DNA from: Anthoceros angustus
Lineage: Eukaryota > Plantae > Anthocerotophyta
Reading direction: 5' to 3'
Length of the DNA: 64,000 nt
NCBI GenBank assembly: GCA_010909165.1
Contig: MU008185.1
Location: 1 to 64,000, forward strand
Both the position numbers and the translations under genes were made by a program. Shown here one piece after another: positions 1-12,504 of the stretch (position 1 is its first letter; every line of letters starts with the position of its first letter). The notes beneath the pieces were generated by a model. It was not told where the DNA came from. It was given only the letters and a program-made list of their open reading frames with translations, and did no database searches.

Positions 1-243
1 CGTATCCTCCGCTGCATTGGCCTGTGGCCTATGAGCTTGCCCTTCCTCCCGAATCTCGTGCATTCACCCCGCCTTCCGTAACACCGAACCATGTTTTGAT
101 CCCGCACAATGACTCATTGTCTTGCTGGCTCTGAGCTCGAGTATGCTCACATTGACCGATGCACTTCATCCTTCCACCGCTTCCGAACGACAATAGAATC
201 TACCGCCTGGGCATGTTTCAAAGCCTCGCACTCACGATCGAAA

Positions 244-273
244 CACTACTACATTTGAGGATCCAAAATAACG
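244..273 (+). repeat. Left CACTA terminal inverted repeat
   Basis: CACTACTACATTTGAGGATCCAAAATAACG, followed by AACAACG / CGTTGTT subterminal motifs to ~400. Confidence 0.95.
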
Positions 274-789
274 TGTGAAGCAACGCATGTTTGTAAAAAA
301 CAACGGAAAAGTTGGAAAAAACAACGCCACCGAACCTAAGCGAAAACAACGAAACACCGTTGTTTTCTTGCTTTTGTGTTATTTAGGAACCGTTGTTTTC
401 CTAACTCATGTTTAACCTATACCCCAACCTCTCATTTCCTGCTTCTTTCTTTCTGCTTCAGGTGCATACTTATTGACGCCCTCCGCCCACCGCCCTCGTT
501 CATCATTGTCGCCCAACGTTTCTCGCGCTCACGTTTTTGCCGCCGCTTCTTGCCCGCCTGTTTGCCTTCGCTGGAAATCCTGCCCGCTGCTCTAAATCCG
601 CCGCCGCTACCCCCGGCCCACTTGGATTCCCTGCCTCTTTACATGCTCCTCTGGCTCACGTTCCGTTCAGCCGTTCCGTCTAGCGTTCGTATTTACCGCT
701 TCCCACTCCCCGCTTCTATTATTCCCCATTTGGGTAATAAAACAATAATTACCTCGATAAAAATACTTTACTAAAAAAATGGTGGGATG

Positions 790-3700
790 ATAACAGGGAT
801 GCTCTCCACCACTTCTTCTCGCATGACTGGTAGGAGAGAGTTCCCACATTAGACCCTTCGGCGTACAAGAGGACCCACACGCAAAGGCCCACAGGATTGT
901 GAGAGACTCACCCTCCACAGCCCAACATGTGGGTCATTATTGAGTCTCAGATTCCATAGATAACCCGACCATTTTTCGTAGTACACGCCAAGTGCACGCT
1001 ATGTGCATCAAAATGAGTTCTTCCGAGTAAAAGACTGCAGGAGAGACAGGACCTCAAAGTTAAGTGTGTTCTGCACGAGGTCCACTGCATTTGCAGGATC
1101 TCCTCGCCTGGAAGTTATGAGCTCATATGCGGTTTTGCATAAAGTCGCGAATTTGGGAACCAAGCACATACTAAACAACAAACGGAAGACACATCATCAG
1201 CGTCAGCTAGGCAAGAACAATTCTGGGACTTGGAAGAAATGTAACTAGACAGCAGTGGGCTCAAATTCAAGTTCTGACCTATTGGCGTAAGCTTCAGGCT
1301 TGCTGTTGAATATCCAACTTGATACTTCAGTTGTCGACGTGTTTCAGCCACTGCTTCACTTGCTTCCTCCTCTCTACCAGGCTTTTGAGAACCTAAGCCC
1401 AACAAATCATACTTCATGTGATGAGAAATAATTGGCGGACTGCCATTAACAGGAAACTAAAACGTTGCAAGCCATGTACCTGGGGTAAAACTCCAGGAGT
1501 GTCGCATGTTGGTAATGCAGAATAGTATCCTCGTCATCGTTTACGGTTGTAAAACATATATTGTATTCTGCAGGCTCAAAACATGGTCAAGGTTGCTCTA
1601 GGGCCTGAAAGGAGAAAAGAATCAAGAACAGCTGAATGGGAAGTGCTTGTGAGTGAGGGCTCACTTGTATGATGGATGGGTAGAGGCTATTGAAATCGAG
1701 AAGGAGGATGTACTTGTCATAGACCCTTTTGGGTTCCGAACCAGTCCAGAATAAGCAGGGCCTTTTTCCGCTTTCCAAGTGGCCCAAGAGTCTCTTCATG
1801 GACATTTTCATCTCCAAAGACCAGTTCTTCTCCATCATCGACTTGAGGCTTGACAACTTCTTCCACTTGACAGCATTCGCTCTTTCTCGGAGAGTAAGTT
1901 GTCGTGACAATGAACTTGCGGCTGAAACTCATGGAGCAGCAGATACTCAACTCTCTGTGCCCTTGCTCCCTGTCACACGAGGATTGTGAGTCTGTAATTT
2001 CTAGTTGAAATCACTCAGAGATCTAGAGCATCCCTCACCATCACCAGCAAAGAGTTGGCGTTTTGCATAAAGGGAGCAAATAAAACATGAGCTGTATTCA
2101 CCTGCAGAGTCTTCCCCCAGAGATTTCCACTGATGTTGGTTAGCTGCCTAGTCAATGGCAGCACATTCAAATGAAACATCAAACTCAACGAAGCCAGGCA
2201 TCAGTTTCCCCTGATTCAACCTGCAAAGGAAATACCCAGAGCGTCGTTAGTACCAGCCGTTCCAAAATGATATCAAGGCATGTTGCTTAACTCCTTGGCA
2301 AGCGAGATCAACAAGCGATCTTGATGGCTGGAAGCAACATGGCTGCCCACCTACGCTTTTGCCCACCACATAAGGACGCTGATGTCTTGTACATGGATGG
2401 AATTTCAGAAGGTATAAGTTCCTTCCTCTCCCGACCTAGGGCTCTTGGAGAGCTGCGTTAGTGAATAGCTTACCTACATCAATGGGGTGAAGAAAATTCA
2501 GTCCCCACTGTCTTCACAAGTTGCTGGCGCTAAGCAGTTAGAAACAGCCAGTTCCTACCTCTTTAACAAGGTCACGAGCAGATAAGTGTCACATAACAGA
2601 CCAACAATGCGGGCCATAGCTCTGGACCAGCTCCTGTGACCGAAGGTATTCCCACCTCCATTGAGTTTGGGCATCACAGAGCATTTCATCGCAGAGGAAG
2701 CTTCACCCCAATTTTTACCACATACTGCTTTGAACTTTACAAGCCTATTAGATCTCAGAAACAAAGAGTCCATGAGAAATCATGAGATACTGTGGATGGA
2801 TAGTGATCATGATCGAAACCATATTGAACCATACAGGCCAACCAATGGTCGAGTAGAAAACTCCTACTGCCGGTGAAGGAGTACATCAAGGTCAAATCCA
2901 CAGCACTATCCATCCCCCCAAGCGTGAGGCCATATAGCCACTGATCCATTCCACTCCATTCCAGCCTTCAAACATTTTCATTTCTTTAACTTCCATAGCC
3001 GCAAATTGCTAAGAGCACACGATGGGCGAAAGTGTGAAGGTGGAAGCATCATCCCTCCGCTCCGGCTTAGCCCGACGTAATTAGCCACGAATTGTGGCAC
3101 CTGAAGGCGGCATGTGTATTTGTGGTGGAGGATGGCTTGCAATAAGGCCCAAACGCACCCCACCGCAACTAGAAGTCCAAATTGCAAGGACGCCATCATC
3201 CTTGTTCCCGGAGGTCAGCGTGTCAAACTTCAAAGCCGGTGGGTGAAGGAAGGACAATATCATCAATGGCCGGAGAGCACCGACCAACGCCCTTATCCAA
3301 TGGACATCTCGTGAATGCAATGTGACAAGTGGCCCAGCTTGCACTAGTACCCACTCTGTAGCATGAGAGAAGATAAGAAAATTAGCCTCAAGGCCAACGC
3401 TACCACACATTGATAGCAAGCGGAGGGTGATCCTGAGGCCGAATATGGAGCCACTTTGTTGAATGTGTGCCCACCAAGATATCCGCATCTAATGGTGCAA
3501 CTTGATCATTGTTGTTTAAGCTCGTTCACTGATAGCAAAATGAGAATTAGATGGACTTCCAAGCTTTGTATAGCAAGAGGAATTTTCATTCACTGTATTG
3601 GATAGCAGAACGATAGTTTATACCTTCCTTTGCAGTTAAGACATTTGAGCGGCAACGGTGGAAGTCAAAATGCTCCATCAAGCTTTCGCACCACGAAGTG

Positions 3701-5570
3701 ATTAAGCATCAGGTGTTCCAATGGCTTGATAACATGGCACTCCCCTTCAAAGTCCAAATGCGCCCGAGGATGGCTTGAGTTAGTCAGTGACAATTACCAA
3801 AGGCCGGAGAAAGAGAGACACACAATGCTTCACAAGCACCTGCAAACTGAGGCAACGACTAACCCATGGTGACAACAATCGAGCTTGCACTAGCTAACTG
3901 CTTTCAAACGATAGAGAGAGAAGAAAGAGAAGGATTAGATCTCAAACAGGAGTATGGAGCAATTCAACATGACTACGAGGATAAACCAGACAGATTAGAG
4001 CACATTGAGAAGGGCTCGAACGAAACCATTGATTTGCTATTGACAAAGCGATGGTCCTTTGATCTTTTCTTCAGGAGTTCCACCGCCGATAACAAATGTG
4101 AAACTGACCAAGCAAGACCACGAACTTCAACAATGACAACAACTTGTGTAAAAGTGAACACACATTATGTTTCGTGAGCTTGAACCTTTGTGTCCCAAAG
4201 AGAAAATGTCGACTTCAAATGCGAAGGATGTATCCTAAATCACGATGTAGTGACTCAACCGCCAAATGCCCTTCTTGTAACCTAATTCGAATTGTGTAAA
4301 AGCAACGTCTCACAAACCTTGAAAGGGTAGCTTAGCTTTATGAAGTAGTGCCCCCACTTGTCACATCTGGTCGCTCAAACGCTGTGACCTCCGCAATGCA
4401 AAAAGCGAAGAAAACACCTGCTCAGCAATTGCTATGACAAGTCACACACGTACACAAAAAAGGCAGATTCTACCTTCACGGAACCATGGTGAACTCGCCA
4501 CGTTAAGATCCAGCTTTTGAGCAATCTCATCTTTCACCACCGCCAGCTCCTACGATCGGACGGCCCAAGAGTCAAGTGACCAAACTACAAACTACTCCTG
4601 AAGAAGTAAAAACAGAAGAGAAGATAACTCGCAACTTGGCAATCAAAGCCACAACCTGTGATTCCGTCCGATTGTGTAGCACCTTGAGCGCTAGCCTGTG
4701 TGGGGAAGACGCTGAGCAGAATGGCATAAACGCATCCGCTGAATGTTCCGCACGACACCGTAGCAACCGACATATTTACGACCAAAGAACTCGCACACGT
4801 GACTCAGTCAACTTCATTCCAACCATCGCCGTCCAGTCGATATGACGGCAGATTTCCAAGTCGCTTGGGAGATGATCCACCTTCCCAAAGAGATAGACAA
4901 TCGGATTGGCTCCACTCTTCAAGGCCAATGAGGTAAAAGGAGGCGGCCATCGATCGAGAGGAAAATCAGCGATGTCACCGGTGCAATCTCAACCGCTCCT
5001 CCTCATCCACCACCTCTAGCTTCTCCCCAGACCACCTTCTCTCGATAGCTTGCTGCCGCGAGGTTGCGGTGCCAAGGTGCCGCGATGCCACCTTGGCATT
5101 TAGCCCAACCTTGTTACCTTCAACAGAAGTGAACCACACAGTCGAATCGATGAAAGCTCATCAACATCGTGAACTTGCTCTAACTTGGGGACGAAAGCGG
5201 AGAATCAGCAAAGACCAAGCCATCTTCAATATGCCCATGGTTTCTTGGCCTCCGATCGATCTTCCTCATCATCATCCTCGCTTCCGAATCGGCTTCCTTG
5301 CGCTATGGATGGACACAACAAGGCACTCTCACCGGCACCTTTGCCCCGCTCCTTGGTGGCCAATTGGGCCGTTGTTCCGTTCACACACTGCTACAGTATC
5401 AATGCACCGACACCCAGCAGCATACAGCCTTCCATCCATGAGCCACGGCAGAAGGCAATCCTAGAGCACAAGGGTTCTAGAGCACAAGGGTACCTAGTCT
5501 CCGCCGCTTCTCCTTCTCTTGGTCCATGTCGACGATTTCCGCAAGCACATCCTCCAAACATTCTAATCAC
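790..5570 (-). pseudogene. POLA1: DNA polymerase alpha catalytic subunit copy captured in the CACTA element; multi-exon, 3'-truncated
   Basis: Collinear minus-strand exon fragments: EDVLAEIVDMDQEKEKRRR (~5500-5560), PFYL..GANP.IVYLFGKV (~4870-4960), CVYAI (~4720), AFERPDV..KLSYPFK (~4320-4390), SAVELL..KIKGP (~4050-4090), HFVVRKLDG (~3680), DADILVGH (~3470), GFDLDVLLHR (~2870-2900), SVMPKLNGGG..LLCDTYL (~2560-2700), VSYSLTQLSK, GETDAWL..LPLTRQLTNISGNLWGKTLQ (~2100-2220), RAQRVEYLLLH, PolB motif A YILLLDFNSLYPSIIQ/EYNICFTTV (~1540-1720), motif B QQALKLTAN/GFPNSR.YAKP (~1130-1310), degenerate motif C IYG.xDSIM (~930-960), SCE.EVVESI (~800-830). Short GT-AG introns lie between them. May extend 5' to ~6100. 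Confidence 0.9.
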
Positions 5571-6171
5571 GCCTCCGAATCCGCTTCCAAACCGGGCAGA
5601 TCCGAGCTTAGGTCGTCCTGCCCCAAGCACGAACTCTAGACAATCAAAGAAAGGATCCTCGAAATATCGGATGCTTTGACACTGCTTTTGTCCGAGCGCC
5701 CAAGTGTTCCGTAAGTATGTTGCAGAGGCAAATGCAGCCCAAGATGCAATTTGTTGATGCGCAATCCGCCATGGCAAATGAAAGGTGACGCAAGCCAAGG
5801 CTGGTAATATTAGCCAAAATAGAGCTCGCGGCAACAGAATCATACTCGGGCAAGTGGGACACAACAAGTCCAAGCATGTTACATTTTCGAGAGTTCATTC
5901 TACATGTTGAGGTGATGCTACCGTCGGCACAGGCGCAAGGTATCCGTTTCACTACTTAGTGATACCTAGGGGAATGGGCACGAAGTCCTCACTGCTTCTT
6001 GTTTGCTTTTGGGACCACCTTCTTCTTCCTCCTATCGCAGCAAGAACCATAGGTCGTTGCATCGTACATGCCTGCGTGGTCTTGTAGAAGATGGCTCACA
6101 TTTTTTAATCGCTTCGCTCCGATTCCATGGCCCGATTCTATAGCTTCCACTCAGCCTTCCAAATTCACGGC

Positions 6172-6320
6172 CCCAGCCCACATCTTCGATTCCACAGCCT
6201 TGATTCATGCCTTCTCCAGCCCACATCTTCCACAAGTTCCAGATTCACAGCCTCGCCCACATCTTCCGATTCCACAGCCTGTGATTCACACCTGCCCACA
6301 TCTTCCGATTCCATGCCTTC
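6172..6320 (+). repeat. Degenerate minisatellite, ~4 copies of CCCACATCTTCCGATTCCACAGCCT plus variable spacer
   Basis: Direct repeats visible at ~6176, 6219, 6256, 6295. Confidence 0.8.
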
Positions 6321-7899
6321 CAGTTCACCTCCACGTTTCTCGCTTCTCCATTTTGTACGATATCATTAGGATTGCTACGAGCAGCTAAGAAGTCTTCCAT
6401 ATTATTCACCCTGCTTTGTTGCATAGGCCAATTGCCTGTAGGATTCCTTCCCATTTCTTCTTGAAGGAAGCTCGCAAGCGCCTCGCCACCCCAAGGATTG
6501 CTGCTTTTACTCCGAGAGGAAGTCTGCTTTTGTTGTTTCACCGCAATCGCTTCGCATTTTTCCTCTTTAGAATCGCACCGCCTCTACACTTTTGTCAAAG
6601 AGCGGCTCGCCCAAGAAGGCATCTTAGCTTTCTTATCCTTTGAACGCCTCCCTGGTTACAATCGCCATAGCTCGAAGCTCGCGGCCTTGTTTAAGGCCCC
6701 TGTATTGTCACAGACACATTGAGAGAACCTTTGCCATCAAAGACGGTTAGTGATGGTGGGAAATTCGAGGTAATGATATGTATTAACTCGGATCTCTCCA
6801 GATCGTGAGCACTCCATGCTTGGACATCCGCCGCCGCCAATCTTCGTGATCCGCACATGCTTTTTCCAAGTTTCGAATCACCAAAGGCAATATCGGGATC
6901 ATTGTTTTCTAATTCTTCCATCTCCTCCACGATGGTTTGTTCGATTCCTCCTCGATCCCCTCATAGCGTAAAGGACAGCTCACCATACGATCACCACATA
7001 GTCTAAGATCGTGTTAGGATGGATTGCGCTAATGTGTTTTGCACCTCGGCTGCATGATCGCCCGTCGACAAATACTGCTGTTGAAACTTGCCTCACTTCT
7101 TTGAAACCGCTTTCCACCTCTCCTCCATATCTCCTTTTCCCGCTCCAAATCTTGTTCGTGCACATGGAGCTCCTCCAACACAGCTTCCTCATGCTGCTCC
7201 TGGCTAGAGCTTAGCCTGCTACTTCGGCATTCGACATCATCCACAAGCCAATACCCTGAACCATCATCTATTGCCAAATTTGTTGGCGCCGGCGCCATCG
7301 CCCTTTGGAGAGTGAGCAAGCAAGCGAGTGAGTGACAAAACATGTTGACCATGCAGATCAAATTGGTGCGGAATCATGAAAATTCAAGAGCAATGCTAAA
7401 ATGATGATGACGATTTTCACTTGACAACGACGCCGATGAGACGTGATTGTGACAAAGGCAACGCGACTTGGCGCTTGCGTTTTTGTTATCATCAATCACA
7501 AAATGGCTGAGGTCTTGGCCTCCGAGGAGCAAAAATGGCTAAGATCCCGGTTTTGAACATCAAGAAGGAGCGCCATCGCAGAAGAGGAAGTTGGAGGATT
7601 CTCCGGAGGGAACAAAGTGGAGTAATCGTCCATAAGCTGCTTGCGCTAGCGAGTGAAGGATCACTATAGACACGACCACTATCTCACATTGTTGCGATCC
7701 AACAAGTGCCCGCAGAGCTTCCTATCCAACCGCTACCTTGCAATTATCGCTAGTATACCCAGACTGGCACTCCGATCGGATAGCATGAAGCGGACATTTC
7801 GGATAGCATAGCAGAGGACAAAGAAAGTCTTGAGCTCGCGGTGTGCCGACTTATGGGTAGTGCACATTATCAAGGGTGGTGAGCGCAATGGCAAGGACC

Positions 7900-10800
7900 A
7901 TGCCCAATGACGACATTACTTGGACAAGGAATGTCTGCCGCCGCGGAAGCACCATGGAGCCCGCGAGAATCGAGCCCGAGTCTGCTGCGTTTCGTAATCG
8001 AGATATCCGCAGATGCCTTGCCCTTGCCCCATCTCAAAAACCAAGGGTGGGCGAGAGGTGATCATTCCGCCCGACATTGCATGCGCTTTTAAGGGAACAT
8101 GAAGTGATGGTGAGGGAACAGGAAGTGATGGTGAGGGAAGAGGAATTGTGTCCGGTGTGTAGAAGGTGGGGAAGAGTAATTGCTGGTGTAGAAGGTGAGG
8201 AAGAGTGATCGCAGTGTAGAAGGTGGCTTTCACCACCGCTTGACGATGCACCGTGGTATGAAGGGGCAATTCGGAAAGTGACAATACATCGAAGACGAGT
8301 TCCTCACTTCTCCTCTCACATCGGATGACGGCGATGTCGGAGGATGGCGAGGATCATTTCAAGAACTAGCGAGCATATTGCCAAGCCTATCTAGAGTCCA
8401 TGAATGTTGGTGAGGATGATGAGGATCCTTGGCGCAACAAAATAAGAGTAGCAGAGACTAAGTTGTGTGAGGGTTCAAGAGAACTGTTTGACTACAACGT
8501 TGCACTTGTTGTATATGCAAATGCAATTCAAGGTATCGACGCCTTTTATGAATGCTTTATTTGGATTCTTGGCAACTAGAGCCCTTCCAAGCCCAATAAT
8601 ATGCCAAAACGCGAGGGGATGGATGGAAACTACATGTTGGCCAAGACTATGAGAAAATTGACGATGTATTGAGACTGCCCGCTTTTAGAGGACCTATGGA
8701 CGGAAGCGAAACTTGCGGAAGTGTGGTGAGTACCGATATGAGAAGGAACTGGTGCCGACACCGCACACGTAAGCGTATGTGGTACTTCCGGTGATCCCTA
8801 GGTTGCAACGATTTAGTGTGCCGATCTTGCGCTTGAGATGTCTTCACATGTTACCAGAGTACAACAGGAGAATGGCCATATTTGTCGACTCACCGCATGG
8901 CCACCGTGATGCTCGGATGGTTTTGGTGACGATCCAAGAAATATTCACTTCACACTTGCAGTAGATCACCGTTTGGAACGGACCTCTACTCGATCAACCA
9001 GCTTTTGCTCATCAACCAAAATTTTCCTCCTTGGATTGCATTCAAAAAACAATATATCATGATGATGTTGATACAGGCCTGGCCTCACAAAGTTGCAAAT
9101 GCGGATATCTTCGGAGCCTATGTATGAAGAGCTTGAGAACTTTGGACAGAGTATTTGTTGTGGATGCATCCGGGATGTATCCGACCCAAGCCGTAATTTC
9201 AAGGCTGCGTCGCAATTGTGAACACTATCATTTTATGGGGCTGGAGTTTCTTCTCGGACTACAGTGGATATAGAGCTTGTCCAACTTGTTGGTCTCGCAT
9301 TGATCATCGCAGGTCAGCGTAAAGAGTATCTATATTGGCAGCAGGAAGTTGCTACCATTGCCACATCATATCCGCATAGGTCGCATGATGTAGAGCCGTT
9401 TCATGGTCACCGAGTTGGGTGAAGTGGGAGGAGAGGCAACTCACCAAGACATCATACAAGAAGTCGCGAATTGGAAGCCCGGGGATTGAACTACGGATCG
9501 AAAATGGGGGTAAACGTAGTTTTGTTGGGTATGACATCTTACCTTACGGAGCACTTGGAGAACCCATTTGGTGGGAAGGACGGATGCATATCATCAAGAA
9601 TGTGGCGAAGACTTATGGTATACTTTGGTTGGGCAAAGAGACGACTTGGCAACAAGAGAGGATCTCGTAGAAGGAAATAAAGCGAGCATGTGGCCACAAC
9701 CAATACACGGAGACCTGGACCACTATTTGCTTCGTCATGGGTTCTCACAAAGGAGAATCTTGAACTCGTTTGGGCAGCTTGGATATTCGACCTCCGACCG
9801 GATTCCGCTCGAATATGTGCGAAGTTGGTCAAGAAGCTGTGATTCAAGTCCCATGATTGGTATGTCCTTATGCTTTATTTCTACCTATAGCCCTACGTGG
9901 CTTCATCGATGAGGAGGTGTTCTCGGTTGTTGCCCGGTTGAGCTTATTCGGTGGTTGACCCGAAAGAGGTTCTTGTATGTGAAAGACATGAAATTAGAGG
10001 TCAGAGAAGTCATGGTGGAAATGGAACGACTTTTTCCAACCGTTGTTTGATATACAAATGCACATGATTGTGCATCTTGTTGGAGAGGTGGAAACACACC
10101 CATGCAATCGTTGGATGTTCCCTATAGAGCGTTATTTGAAAGTGCTTAAAGATCTTTGTCAAAAAGGCTGACGGAGGGCAGCATTGCCTGGATACCTAGC
10201 TATGGAGGCCATGTTATATGCCAAGTCCTTTTTGAGGAAATGTACCCTAGAGCTAATCACTTGCGGTCAATTGCGATGAAGATGCATATCATGTTCAAGT
10301 TCCTATTGGGAAAGGAAGCCTATAATCTTACGGAAGATGAACAGGCGCATGCACAAGTACATGATGAATATGAAAGCCATGGCTCCATACTTGGCTATCC
10401 ATGTAGACGAGGTGGAAAATGGTTTAACTGTGAAAAGGATTTTAGACAATGGTTACGCCACCATCGACGAAGGCCGATGACATGACACCCCAATGGGATA
10501 TAGCAGCCCCCCTCGAAAACCGAGGAGTATCGTGGACTCAAGGCTTATGGCTACCACTATCGCATGAGGGCCGAGACAAGCATAGAAAAGTCACTGTGAT
10601 AGTGGTGTTACGGGGTTTGGATTGTCGGAGATGATGAGCAAGCACGGCCATTTTATGGTAACATCCAACAAATCATCAGCATGAAATGTGGGGAGGAGGA
10701 TCATTTCATATTTAGGGTGAAGGTATGAGTGTAAGCTGTGTGGGGAGGACTCCATCCCTCAAAGAGGACTTGAGTGGATTCTCTTTAGTAAACCGCAAGT

Positions 10801-10960
10801 TGCTCTACAACCGTGGAACAAGATGGGTCGGCCCTTTGCATTCCCCCGAACATGTCACGCAGTGTTTTTCCATGATTCGCCATTCTCAACGCAGAAGGTT
10901 GGAGTCTAGTTGTGGAATGCCCATCCGTATACCGAATCCCTAAGCAAATAGTAGAGTACA
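7900..10960 (+). CDS. CACTA Tnp2/TnpD-type transposase, frameshifted in this assembly
   Basis: N-terminal transposase-associated motif MPCPCP..KN..HCMRF (~8010-8090); LLYMQMQFKVSTPFMNALF..LP (~8500); WYF/PVIPRLQRF, DPRNIHF.LA.D and GP...DIF.EP..ELE (Transposase_21-like, ~8780-9140); MHIIKNV (~9585); C-terminal FPEHVTQCF (~10840-10870, DUF4216-like). Confidence 0.85.
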
Positions 10961-11324
10961 CAATGTAGAGGACTGGAAATCGTGGTTGTTAGGGCAGCAA
11001 CACGACACTGTAGAAAGCCGAGCCATCATAGTGTAGAGTCCAGACGATGCAGAATTGTCCCTTTTCCTTGAGTTGCCTATAGGCCTGGCAGGTTTAGCGG
11101 GAGGTAGATGTGTCTGATCGGCATGCGAACCGCAAGATGACACTTAATTTGTTGTTTTCAAACTGATGTATATGTAGAAACAACGCTACAGGTAAAGCAT
11201 GATGCATGTTCTAGTGGTTTGTCTTTCAGTTTCGGATCGGGGAGACCCGAGTTCAAACCCAATGGCTTCCCTCCACCCTTTTGAGGGTCCTCACCACACT
11301 CGGATATGCGAGACCCGTCAGGTC

Positions 11325-11765
11325 CGGACGGGGATGCGACTTGACGGAGCTGTTCCCAAGAAGCACGGAACCGTTAGGATCGTACGGAGCCGTCAGGGAT
11401 GAACGGAACCGTTAGGATCGGACAGAGCTGTTCCCGCTAGGGCTGAATGGAACCGTTAGGATCGGACGGAGCCGTCAGGGCTGAACGGAACGGTTAGGAT
11501 CGGACGGAGCCGTTAGGACAGGACAGGCTCCTTAGGACTGAACTTGATGGAGCTGTTACCGTTAGGGCTGAACGGAACCGTTAGGATCGGACGGAGCCGT
11601 TGGGACGGGAAAGGCTCCTTACGATCGAATGGGACGAGATGGGCTTCTCAGCTCCTAACAAGATGGGATGTGCTCATTAGGTGGGGACGAGGCCCGTTGG
11701 ATTCGGACGGTTGCTAAGTTCAACAAGTTATATCGGACGGGACCTGGTCCGAATGAAGCCGTTAA
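11325..11765 (+). repeat. CACTA subterminal tandem repeat array (GAACGGAACCGTTAGGATCGGACGGAGCCGTCAGGGCT-like, ~38 bp)
   Basis: Multiple direct copies containing the quasi-palindrome AACGGAACCGTT, 250-700 bp inside the right TIR. Confidence 0.85.
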
Positions 11766-11988
11766 GTGTACTCCATCGTTTACTAAATATCAGATTAATT
11801 ATATACTATATTTATTAAATATAAAATTAATCATTGAGAATTAAAATTATTTGTTAAGAAGTAAAATTACTCATTAAGAATTCAAATTACCGTTAAGAAT
11901 TACCTGACTAGCCGTACCTAAATCCACACCAAACGAGGTATGGCTCCGAACCTAAGAAACAACGACTTTTCCAACCGTTATTTTGGAG

Positions 11989-12018
11989 CGTTGTTTTGGA
12001 TCCTCAAATGTAGTAGTG
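11989..12018 (-). repeat. Right CACTA terminal inverted repeat
   Basis: Reverse complement of the left TIR (29/30 match). Confidence 0.95.
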
Positions 12019-12504
12019 AAAAAGTGGGCTCGGAACTCATCTTGCAGGTTGCTCTGCTCGATCGCCATATGGAAGATGATGATTTGCAAGTTGGTTTCGA
12101 AAGACATGGTAAGCGACATGGTACCACGTGATTCCAAACCGGTCGTCAGTGACGATCGATGTTTGGAATTTGAGGAGCATGGAGTGAATGCCTTTATCAT
12201 GAAAAAAAAGTGTTTCGTTCTCATTTGTCTCTGCGATGATCGGCTCACCAGCGTTAGCGTTAACGCGCTCGTTGGTGATGTTGCCTGCAAATGCGCAGTA
12301 AGGAAAGAAATGATGTTGACGCTGCTCTTTAGTGAAAGCTTAATTTAATATTTAATTGTAGCTAGCCCAAGCTACACAAGGCGATTGTCATGAGCGGTTT
12401 GAAGCATAGACCAATGTTGCGGCAGACGGAAGGATACAAGCAGTTTGAGAGGAGTCTCTCAAGCGAAAACAAGCTAATGACGGCATGTTCGTTGTTCTAA
12501 TTAT

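Larger units (their letters stand above)
244..12018 (+). mobile_element. Full-length CACTA (En/Spm) DNA transposon, ~11.8 kb, carrying captured host gene sequence
   Basis: Left end CACTACTACATTTGAGGATCCAAAATAACG (244-273); right end CGTTGTTTTGGATCCTCAAATGTAGTAGTG (to 12018): 30-bp TIR with 1 mismatch. Flanks are ...ACGATCG-AAA and AAAAA-GTGGGCTCGG, against the empty site ACGATCGGAAAAAGTGGGCTCGG in other array copies (e.g. ~15811, ~19671), giving a 3-bp TSD AAA. Tnp2 transposase lies inside. Confidence 0.95.

Noticed and set aside
790-5570. Polinton/Maverick-like self-synthesising transposon (PolB plus TIRs)
   Set aside because: The polymerase is host-type Pol alpha with introns, not protein-primed PolB. 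Termini, TSD and transposase are CACTA; no capsid or ATPase genes.
11325-11765. CRISPR-like appearance of short repeats (also 57678-57765)
   Set aside because: No unique spacers, no cas genes, eukaryotic context; these are simple tandem repeats.
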